From contig NW_019217784.1 in the NCBI RefSeq assembly GCF_002571385.2, positions 304,529-368,528 of the forward strand: a stretch of DNA of 64,000 nt. Direction: 5' to 3'. The DNA comes from Stylophora pistillata. Taxonomy: Eukaryota. Position 1 is the first letter of the stretch, and every line of letters begins with the position of its first letter. The position numbers and the translations under genes were made by a program. The notes beneath the pieces were generated by a model. It was not told the DNA's origin and made no database searches. It saw only the letters and a program-made list of their open reading frames with translations. Shown one piece after another: positions 40,101 to 52,100 of this stretch.

Positions 40101-43100
40101 TGTCACCATTCACGTGCAAGACACGAATAACCACGACCCAGAGTTTTTGCAGGCATCTTATTGGGTTGCTTTACCTAATGATGCCAATATGGGTGCAACT
40201 GTACTCACTGTCAAAGCGCGCGACTTGGACGAAGGTAAAAACGCTGATATACGATACAGACTTACCAGTGACGTCTTTACTATTCATCCTACCAAAGGTA
40301 TCATCACGCTTAAGCAAGGGTTGGGATCTGTCACCAGCAAGAAATATGAATTCTCAGTCCGAGCAACCGACCAGGGAACGCCTAACAGACAAACTGCCGT
40401 GAGTGTTTCTGTGACTGTTCACCCCCTGTCTTACATCTCTCCAAGGTTTTTGAGGCCTGTTTATCGAAAAGTAATCTCTGAAATTTTCAAAACAGGCGCC
40501 GCGCTGCTGACGGTGCGCGCGCCGAAAAGTGTTGATTTTGGTCGTTCTGTCGAGTACTTCATTGTGGGGGGTGATCCACTGAATCAGTTCAGTGTGGGAA
40601 CTAGAAGTGGCATGCTCACCCTCAAAAAACAGTTGGATTACGAAAGAATTAATCACTACGTGTTGGTTGTGCGTGCTGTGCAGAATGGAGTATCATCTTC
40701 ATTGCCAACCGAGGTACGTATGGACAATATAAATGCTTCCTTGTGAACTGACGAAGAGACTGGAGTCCTACGGCCAAAACAGTCCAATACATTTTTGACG
40801 AACTATGCCCACAACATTTGACTGACCAATAATTCCTCACCAGACTCTGATGATGCCTGATGCTCAGGTTGTTGAAACATCACCCACTCCTATCGAAAAA
40901 AAGTCCTTTTAAGGATACTCGCACCAGACAACCGGGAAAATATCGCCGTCGGAAAGGAGGCGTTTGATTAATCTTCGTCGACTTCAAATTGGTTATCAAC
41001 TTGAGTATTAAAGATTACCCCCGACATTATATACCCGTTCCTTTTTTCCACATTTATATCTGCTGCGCGCAGTCGTGTGCGAAATTAAGTTTCTCTATTA
41101 TTCGCTTAACAGGTCAAAGTCTTCGTGGATGTCACAGACGTGAATGACAGGACCCCACGGTTTGCTCTCCCGGTGGATCCATTTGTGATAACTGTGGATG
41201 AATTTCAACCCCCAGGAACTCTCATTGCCGTTTTGAAAGCATATGACAGAGACACAGGCAACCATTCTCTTATCACGTATAGACTGGAAGATGCTAACTT
41301 TAAAATTCACTCATACCTCGGAACCATAACGACCAAGCTTGAATTATATCATTCTCAAGGAGCCTCGCGATCTTTCGTTGTCACGGCAACCGACTCAACA
41401 CCCCCATACCGAAGTGCTAGAGCCAATGTGGTGGTCATGATAAACAAGGCCACCCCTCCCCCAAGGTTTCCCGATTCGGCGTTGGCCGAATACGTGCTAG
41501 AAGACACACACGTTGGAAAGTCCCCGTTACAGTTACGTTCCCTTGCAGAAAGTCGTCTAACCTTAAAGTACTGGATAACAGACGGTAACCAAGACAACCA
41601 ATGGTGCATAGACACGACTGGTCATGTACGAGTTAATAAACCGCTGGACCACGAACAGAAAAAATCCTTTCACCTTAAAATCAAGGTGGATGATGGCATA
41701 ACAACTCATATCGCACCGTCCGTCTTGTTCACGGTGGAAGATGTGAACGACGACGTTCCTACGTTTAGCGCAAACGTATATAAGTTCTACGTGTCAGAGA
41801 ATTTACCTGCGTACAACACGGTGGCTAAAATGTAAGCCAAAGATCGTGATGAAGGCTCCAACAGCGAGATAAAGTATTCAATTGTTGGAGTAGAGGATGC
41901 TCGCTCCAGAGGAAAATTTGAAATCCATCCAACTTCCGGTCAACTGACAACAACTGAGGTGCTAGACAGGGAGTTTATGGAGCAGCATGTGATCATGGTG
42001 GAAGCAGAAGACGCCGGGAAACCTTTGCTGAGTAGCCTGGTACGCTTGACTGTGATTGTCACTGATGTGAACGATAACACTCCAGTGTTTGCTACAGAGT
42101 TGTTTAGGGCTGGAGTACCAGTTGATGCCAAGGTTGGATCTAGGATTTTTTCAGTGGTGGCATCAGACATGGACTGGGGAGAGAATGGCCTTCTGAGGTG
42201 AGCTTAAAGAAATGCACCCTCTTCATTGGTTATACTTAGATAGCTCAGATTTGCTTCCGCAAGAACTCCTGGCATTAGTAGTTTTTACGTTTATTCCTTC
42301 CTTCCTCATGTCATTTTTTCTTTTTCTTTCCATCTTCTCTCTTTTTGCCTCTCTACTGTTTTGCCTTTCTACAAACCTCTCTGTTTTCCTCCCCAGATAT
42401 TCTCTTTAATTTTTTTTTTCACTCTCTCTCATCTCAGTGGTGGCTCTCATACCAGTGTTATTTCGTTTACAATCCACTCTTTAGACTTCCTTTAAGATTG
42501 TATCAATACCAATCAAGAAAACTGTGCCTAGTTTGATGAAATAGATTTCAAGCAATCTCTAATTCTTTTTGCTTACAGTTACTCAGTCATTGCCGGTAAC
42601 TCTGATCAGTTCATCGCTGTTGACCCAACTGATGGAACTGTCACTGTTGCCCGTCCCATGACGTCACTTAAGTCAATTAATTTTACAGTCATGGCACGTG
42701 ATCAGGGTCAGCCCACCAGAAACGCTACTGCCGAAGTAATTGTCTCTATTTACGCCGTTGAGGGCCCTCCAAGATTTCTTGCTTCTTCTTACAACCTGCG
42801 TGTAGCAGAAAACAAGAAAGCGGGAACTGAGGTTATTCGCGTGCAGGCGGCAAGTGTCGATCCTGTTATTTCCTATAAGATATTGAATGGAAATTCTAGA
42901 AAACATTTTCATTTGAATGAAGAGACGGGATTGCTAACTACAACGAGATCCCTTGATTACGAAAAATTTGCGCGTTACCAGCTTGTTGTCATGGCGATAG
43001 ACAGTAGTAATCGAATGAATTACGTCAAAGTTGTCGTACATGTGATAAACGTCAATGATAATGAACCTTACTTTGTGGACATTCACAGCGGTGCTTTTGA

Positions 43101-46100
43101 AGGACAGGTGTTAGCTGACGCCGTCGCCGACAGTCACGTGATGTGGCTTAAGGCACATGACCGAGATGGTAGTGACGTCATAAGCTACAAGATAGATAAC
43201 GAGAAAGCGGCTTCGTATTTTACTGTAAACTCTGAAGGTAGTTTAAGGACAAAGAGAACATTGAGAGGACTTCAGTCTCCGTTCGTTTTCAGAATTGAAG
43301 CTTTAGATAATGGGATTCCTTCCAGGAGTACTTTTACGTCGGTGAGGCTTGTTTTCTTGAAGTATGATACTCAACAGAGAGAACTGCAGGTGACTGTCCC
43401 TGAAGACGTTAAGCAAGACGTCGTGCTCATTAAAATAATAGATTCAGCTAGAATTAAAAATCCTAGCTTCTCGATCATTTACCCTGTCGGTGCACCTTTT
43501 CGTATAGACAGTGAAACTGGGGAGATGCGAACCTCTCGTCCACTTGATTATGAATCTACACAGAATTACAGCTTAATACTGCAAGTACAAAACTCCAAAA
43601 ACAGCGAAGAATACACCAATATCGACTTAGTAGTTGATATTGAAGACGTAAATGATAACTCCCCTACCTTTACTATGGAGAAAGAGGACGGGACGTATAT
43701 CGCTAAGGTCAATAGAAATCCCGTCCAGGGTACGGTGGTGTACACGCTGACGGCATCAGATCGAGACTCTAGAGGCCATCTGCGTTACTCTCTGGTCAGC
43801 AGTAGCGACGAAAACGCTGTATTTGAGGTGGAGGGCGAGAGCGGGAGAGTGAAGACAGTCACTCAACAAGTGTTAATGGCAGACTTTTACAACATCACTG
43901 TGAGCGTGAGTGATAGTGACACGCCTTCACGCCACACACGAGCCATACTGCACGTGCAAGTTAGAGAATACCCGCCCACCTTCAGTCGGGAGGAGTATGT
44001 GTTTAGAATCGAGGAAAACACGCGGAAAGGATTCACCATCGGCCATATTAAGGCGCACAGCTACTCTGGAGCGTCACTTTCATACACTGTTGTACACGGT
44101 GAGAATAACGAATCTTTGATTCCAAATACTGATAGTTAAGTAAAGTGTTGTAGTAGTTTTGTGTCACTGTGATGCAAATAGGTGATGAGAATAAAGAAAA
44201 TGTCATTTAAGAGCGACTTTTCTCGAGTAAATTTTCTGGAATGGCTGACAGGAAAATGTAAGTTTCTCATTCTGGAGGATAAGCCTTTGCATCCTGGAGA
44301 TGAAAACTCAGAGTGTAAAAATGAGACCAAATTAAATGTGATAATGTCATCTGCCTTCGCGCGCAAAATGCTTTAGATCCAATACTACAAACAGTAACCT
44401 AGGATGCACGCACTTTACAAAGCAAACCAATCAGAAGTCATCTGCAAAAAAAGTACGCATACCCTAAGGTAAGAACAGTGTTGTTGTTGTTGATGATGTT
44501 AACAAATCAGTGCGTATTTGAAATGCGCAGTGCTGGGTATGATTTGGGATTGTATTTTGTGTTCTTTCTCTAGGAAACGTTCAGAAAAAATTTATCCTGG
44601 ACAGCAACACAGGGCGTCTAGCTCTCCCCGATCCTCTGGACTATGAGCGTGACTCCAATGTTTACTACATCAGGATAAAAGCGTTCGAGGTTGGCGTTAC
44701 TCAGCGCCAGTCTTCCGAAGTCAACGTTCAAGTCTTCCTCAAAGATATGAATGACAATGCACCAGAATTCTCTCAACAACGTTACAGGTACATTTTACCA
44801 GAAAGTGCTCCTGTGGGAACAATGGTGATGGTTGTTTCAGCGCATGACAGTGATTCAGGAGTAAACGGACAGTTCAGATATTACATGGATAATAATTACT
44901 TTTCTGTAAATCCTTACACTGGGGAAATCACCACAACGAAACCGTTGGATTACGAGACCGCGCGCTCGCACACCTTTGCTGTAGTGGCGCAAGATGGCGG
45001 GAAACAAGTGCTTAGCGGAACGGCGAGAGTCGAAGTGACGCTTCAAAATGTAAACGACAATCCACCGCGATTCTCACAGACAGTTTATAATTCACATGTG
45101 AATGAGGATGCTGGCCCCGGTGAACTGGTGACGACTGGTAAGTTGCTTAGTAAAACGTTTGATAACGGTTGATATAGTTGTCAAAATGTAGTTAGATGCA
45201 GAGTTTTGGATTTTTGTAAAAGTAACTTTGAGTGTCCACCCTGTTATTACGAATAATAAACAGCTCTGATGTTTACTGTTTGAGTTTAAGGATGACCTTA
45301 TGATGTGTTACGTCATTTTTCGTTTCCCAAATAGGGAATGGGTAAGTTAATCCCGGAGGACCAGCGTAGTTTAGTGATAAGACAATTCCACTCTCACTCA
45401 CTTTCCTTTTTAGTTCAAGCAGGTGACCTTGATCTAGACCCAGTCTCCTACAGCATCATCTCAGGTGATAATAACAGTAATTTTGTGATTAACAACCGGA
45501 CGGGTGTCGTCCGATTGGTGGCACACAGGGCGCCAAGCCTTGTAGGTCCGTACTACGAGCTCAACATTAGTGCCTCAGATGGCCTTCACACAAGCCAGGC
45601 CGTGTTAATAGTGGCTATTCAGGATATAAACAATCACAAACCAATGTTCAAAGACTGCGACAAGTACCAACCGGTTATCGCAGAAAACCTTCCTCCGGGA
45701 TCCCCAGTTATTCAGGTTTGTTGGGTTAGCTCGTTATTAGCAACCCTGTCTCCTAGAACATTGTTCTCCGACGAAGGGCTAACGCTCGAAACGTCAGCTT
45801 TTGTAATCGTTACGGTGGCCAATTTACCACTTCAACTTTGTTGATATATCCAAATTATTTCGTTACTCCCACCGACGCAGCGCCAAACAGTTTCTTTCGA
45901 AACTATCAGCCTTTCTCCATATTACTTTACTGTACTAACAGTTATCTGATCAACTAAATAAGAATGGTAAAGCAGCATTGGTCGTTACTCAACTAATGGT
46001 AAATTAAATGACAAGCAAGGTTAACGTTTCTCGCAAAGTGCTTTGCAAAGAGAGTTGATGGCGAAAGCATCCATGTGTTATGGAAGATAAGAATCCCTAA

Positions 46101-49100
46101 CAACGCCGATTTTTCCTTTCGGTGGATATCCCAAAGGACATGAATTAGATGCAAAACACCAGGATAGGATGATAGGAAAATCTGTTAGGTTTACAACTAT
46201 TTTAGTATGTTTTTTTTTTTTAGCCTTTTTACTCCCATGATATCTTTAGTACTTCTCCTTACTGTTCTCGTACATAGCTTATCATTTTAGTTTGGAGAAT
46301 TCAGCATGGACCAATTGATAATACCCTTACTGATGTTTTTCGTTAGTCTCATCACTTGTCTGCATAATGTTGTACCGTTGATATTGTAAGGAGAAATTCT
46401 GCCCTGGTCACTCGTGGGAGCTAAAGGGCTTATGGTATTTTCATCATGGTTTGTTGGTTTCTAATGAAAGTTAGGTCAGTGCAGAAGATAGAGACGTGGG
46501 TCTGAACGGAAAAGTCAGTTACCAAATTGAGCGGCCATCTATCGGGATACCTTACTTTCAAATAAACAGTAATTCCGGTCTGGTAACCACTGCCGTGACC
46601 TTTGACCGTGAATAGAAGCGATCCTACCAGATAAGGATCACGGGAAAGGACGGAGGACCTTACCAAGAAGAAGCAGAGAGGCTGATGGGATTCTGTCAAC
46701 TGGAAATAAAGATCGAGGACGTCAATGACAACGATCCTGTTTTTAGTAACACTCCATTCAAAACCAATATAAAGGAGGACCTAGAAAAAGGGGATATAGC
46801 ACTTCATGTAAGCGCCACCGATGAGGACGCCGGTAGTAATTCGCTCATAACGTACTCTCTTGAAACACCAAACAAGCAATTTATGATATCCAACAGCACG
46901 GGAATTATAACCACCAAAGGTCCACTGTCCTCGACAAAGTACCAGTTCAGAGTGATTGCGCAAGATAATGGAAAACCGCCGCGGTCCTCTAAAGCAGTTG
47001 TAGACATCAGTGTTTACAAAGCCGGAAAGGACCCGCCAAAGTTCACGGAAGACGTGTATATCGCACGTGTTCGCGAGGATGTGCGCCAAGGGAATAGGGT
47101 CACGCGCGTGTTGGCAACAAGCCCGGATCCCCAGAATCTGATTTTTTATAGTATTGTGAATTTTCCACAGCCTGTTTACATTGATCCGGTTCAAGGAGTT
47201 ATAGTGACTCAGCGTACCCTTGATTACGAATTAGCATCAAATTACACAATACACATCCTTGCTCAAGATAGTCAAGATCCACCGCTTATGTCGTTCGCTC
47301 GGCTTGAAATTCTCGTGGAGGACGTCAATGATTCACCGCCTCAGTTTCCGGTGTCAAAATACGAAGGACAAGTTGCCGAGAATTCACCGGTCGGCAGCTC
47401 TGTCATCGAAGTGAAAGCCGATGACCCAGATAAGGGTGAAAATGGAAGAGTTTCTTACGCCTTCATCAGAAAAGAAAGCAATGAATCATTTGAGCTAAAC
47501 TCGAAGACTGGGCTTATCACCACCAAAGAGGTATTTGACCGTGAGGAGACTGGACGTTACACCTTGATTGTGGAAGCACGTGACCATGGAGATCCTCGCA
47601 AAGCGTCAAGTTGTCTTGTGGATATCATAATCAGTGATCAGAACGATAACCGTCCTGTGTTTGATCAGACTGTGTACAATGCAACTGTTCACGAAGATGC
47701 TTCTAGAGGAACACACATTCTCGAAGTATCTGCAGTGGATGACGATATTGGAAACAATGCTGTGGTGAACTATTTCATCACGGCGGGAAATACCCGAGCG
47801 GCTTTTGCCATTAACAAGGATCTTGGACAAATTGTCGTGGCGAGTTCTTTAGATCGCGAAACACAAGATAATTACAAGCTCATGATACGGGCAGTTGACG
47901 GGAAAAACTCTGGTACGGCTGTGGTCATTATACACGTCAAAGATGTCAATGATAACAACCCTGTGTTCGCTAACACAACGTATGTAGCCAAAGTATACGA
48001 AAACCAGCCAGCCGGAAGTTACGTCACGACATTGTCAGCATCTGATAAGGATCTCGGACTGGGTGGAGAGTTCTCGTTTTCGATCAGTGGTCAGGGAAAA
48101 GACGCTTTTGATATCGACCCAATTACCGGTGTCGTAACGACTATCAAACCTCTAGACCGAGAAGCTAAGGGGCGTTACGACTTCCTTGCGTTTGCCACTG
48201 ACAATCCTAATGCAGAACCGGGCTCTCGGAGGACCGGTTCTTGCGATGTGGTGGTTTGGATCCGGGACATCAATGACAAAAGTCCGCAGTTCCCGGATGA
48301 TGTATACGAGGGAACTGTGAAAGAGAACCAGCTTCCAGGCGCTCGTGTCATGGTCTTGACGGCAGTCGACGAAGATGACCCTAATGAAAACGGAAACGCT
48401 GTCATGTCTTACAAACTAATTGATAATGCAGGTGGACTCTTTGAAATCGATCGCGACTCAGGATTAATTTCAACGCGCAAAAGACTAGACCGAGAAACTG
48501 TCGACGAATACCGACTGGTTGCCAACGCTACAGACCGAGGTCGACCGGCGCTCTGGGGTCAAGTGGAGGTCATGATCAGGGTGGCGGATGACAACGATCA
48601 TCCGCCGCGGTTTACTGAGCAGACTTTTGTCGCCAGCATTTTCGAGAACGCATCCATTGACTCGTCCGTGATGACACTCAAGGCCACCGACGAAGACATC
48701 GGTAGTAATGCCAGGTTACGCTACAGTATTATAGAAGGGGGCGCTGATGCGGAGGAGGATGGCAGTAGAATGTTCCGTGTTGTGGAAGATACTGGAGTCA
48801 TTCAGGTAGCTAGAAGCTTAGATTACGAGACACAGAAGCAATACACTCTAAAAGTCATGGTAAGTGAGATTGAGGACTCGCATATTTTGGCGAAAGAGCA
48901 TATTTTAACGGTTTGTCGTGTGGGCCTTATTCCAAAGATAATCCCTTTCAAGTTATGTTTATACTCCAGGCCTGGTCTCTTCGGGCGTATTTCTCGACTA
49001 ATAAACAAATAAATTCCATGTTGCCGAGTGTCTTTGTAGGAATAGATCACAGATATTGGAGGATAAAAAAAAAAAATGGCCCACGAGATACAGCCAAGTG

Positions 49101-52100
49101 TGTCAATGTTCTTACCACGGTTAGACATCCTCTGTGATTTATTACTGATCAGAAGCACGGCAACATGGATTCTATTTGATTTACATCATAGAGAAGCAAG
49201 TTGCTGTTAATGGTGAGTCCAAGCAAGGAAATGATCTTCGCCGGGTGGACTGCGAAGTAACTAGTATCTAGGGGGCCTGAATTCGAATCCTGTCGAATCC
49301 TGAGTTGTTAAAGAATCTCCTGCAATTGTTTAACAGTCCCTCCCCCTGGCAGGATCTCTCTTTTTTTTCGCTTAATTTTCATCTGCATGTCTGTGAAGTT
49401 TATCTCATTAAGAATTGTAATTTCAACTTCATCTATGCGTCTGTGAGATTCCGTCCACACTCATGCGTTTTCGTTTGAAAACAGATATTTTTCGATGTGT
49501 TTTGGCCTTCTGTCCACACTTAAATGCTTGAAAGCGGAGCCTTTTGAAGACGATGACGAAAACGCATTTGTGCGCACGGCGTTTAAAGCTTGTGAGGTAA
49601 TTATTTTTACATCATAGTTTCGACCTCTGTCACTTTCCTTCTCCCTCTTTTCGTTTAGGTGCGGGACTCTAGTCCTCCTTTCTTTAGCGACAAAGCGGAA
49701 GTAATGATCACCGTTCAAGATTACAATGACAATCCCCCAGTATTTAATCCCGTATCGTACGCGGAAATAGTCAATGAGGATGTTACCCCTGAGTATTTTA
49801 TCATGAAAGTTACCGCCACGGACACGGACTCAGGCAGCAACCGAGACTTCAAGTTTTCCATTTTTGAGGGTGATCCCGAGGGACAATTTCGTATTGACCC
49901 CGATCGGGGAAACCTTTATGTACACCGCAATCTGGATAGGGAGAAACGAGCGGTTTATCTGCTCACTGTTAGAGCTACGAATACTGGTGAGTGAAAAACA
50001 AATGTTGGACAACTTTAGTTTGACAATTCAGGAATATCGCTTAAAAAATGTCGCCGGACATTCTCCAATTTTGATCAGGAATATTTGGTCACGTGACGAG
50101 TCTAAACTATCACGCGCGAGGAGGAATAGAGTAGCATCAAGCCATGTCTGAATATCAGATGTATTGTAAACTGCGATATTTACTGTCGCTGTTTTAATTT
50201 TCAGCAACTCCTCCCCTGTATGGTCACGCTTCAGTTAAAATCACCTTGAATGATGTGAATGACAATGGTCCAACTTTCCACCCGTCAGAAATCCGCTTCA
50301 GTGTCAAAGAAAACTCTAAACCTCCTCAGTACCTAGGAAAAATTAGCGTTGATGATCCAGATCTTGATCCTCCTAATGGAGCTCCGTTCTTTTTTGAGAT
50401 TGTCACCGGCAACGATCAAGGCCTCTTTGAGCTGAATAACAGAACGGGAGAGATGTCTACACGAGCAGTGTTTGACCGTGAAGAACGCGAATCTTACAGG
50501 CTCGTGGTAGCAGCGTGGGACAGTGGCAACCCAAGGAAAAATACAAAGACTTCACTCTTTGTGCACATTTTAGATGAGAATGACCATCAACACTCGGTAG
50601 GAACGTTAAATCTCGAGCTGAATTCGTATCAAGGCAAGTTTCCAGGGGGGAAGATTGGAAAAGTGTACGTGGTGGACGAAGACATCAATGATGACAGACA
50701 TTACAAATTGATATCCAATAGCTCCCGTTATTTCACCATTCAGCCGACGACAGGAATGATAATAAGCCAGCCGAATCCTCCTGAAGGAAATCACTACTTG
50801 TCTGCCATAGTTTCTGATACTAACAGCATCTTCACATCGGTGATCTGTTCCGTGTTCATCAAAGTCAAGCAGGTATCAGCTGAAGCTGTCCACAACAGTA
50901 TGGCGATAAGACTCGGTGGTGTTACGCGTAAAGAGTTTATCGTTTCAGTTCTAGCGAGATTCAAGGAGTCAGTGGGAAGCATTCTTGGAACTGACGAAGA
51001 CAACGTGGATTTATTTAGCGTTCAGGACGCACCAAGGGTACCGCGAGCTATCGACGTTAGGTTCGCGGCTCATGGAAGTCCTTACTATGCCCCTGAGAAA
51101 ATGATCGCTATCTTGAAGAACAACCGACCCAGTTTGAACAAATCATTGGCTGTGTTTAACGCGAAAGTTTTGGCCGTCGGTGTAGATGAATGCCTGCATG
51201 AGCCGTGTGAGTCTGGTGGCTGTACAAATGTGTTGATTGCTAATGGAGAGGTGGAGGTGATTTCTGAGAGAGGAACGTGTTTTGCGTCCATAGTTGCGAT
51301 CCTTGAACCACGCTGTGATGATTGTAAGGGGAACCAAAAAGATATGACGAGGTGTAAATCAAAGCCGTGTTTGAATGGAGGCACGTGTATGGACACTCCT
51401 CAAGGTTAGTTTTCCATGCTAGAAATTCACCCTTTGAGGGAGGAAACATGAAATATTTTTATGATCATTTGGGAAATTTCTATTGTAGCAGTAGCAGATG
51501 ATAAGGAACGCTTGTCTCCTTTCGCCCGGTAAACGCAGAAAATATGCTTGGTTTGGAAGCCATTTTTCAGTAATAGGATTGTTCAGTTTTCAGAAATGAA
51601 TCCGGTAATATATACCAGTTGCTCTCCAACGAAGACGTTATCTTTCACCGTTTGCATTGCCTAACCAACGAGTACTTACATATGATGCACGATCTTCGCA
51701 GTAGATAGCGCTATTTAAGCAATAGCGAAAATCAACGAATACTTGCTAAAATGAATGCTGCTTTCGTTTTTCGAATTTTGTTCTTTTATTAGGACACAAG
51801 TGTCGATGTATTAAGGATCACGATGGTCCCAACTGTGAATTTACAACGCGAAGCTTTGTGCCTGGCGAGTGGCTGTGGCTTCCAGCACTGGAACAGTGCA
51901 GTCTAGGTTCCCTGTCACTCGAGTTTGCCACCAGAGAACCAAACGGGCTTCTGTTGTATGGAGGTCCAACTTCCCCCGTGCGGGAGGGAGACGTGCATGA
52001 TTTTATAACGCTTGAACTGGCAGACGGTAAGATTCGTGTGAACATGTCTCTTGGGGACCGCAATGATGTGGTGCGCGCCGGAGTTCCTGGTGGGATGGCC

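Noticed and set aside
41833-46615. Alternative genetic code (TAA/TAG = Gln) explaining the cadherin stops
   Set aside because: The cadherin and the LIM gene both terminate at TAA, and only 2 such codons occur in ~4,500 codons. Reassignment would give many, in all genes.
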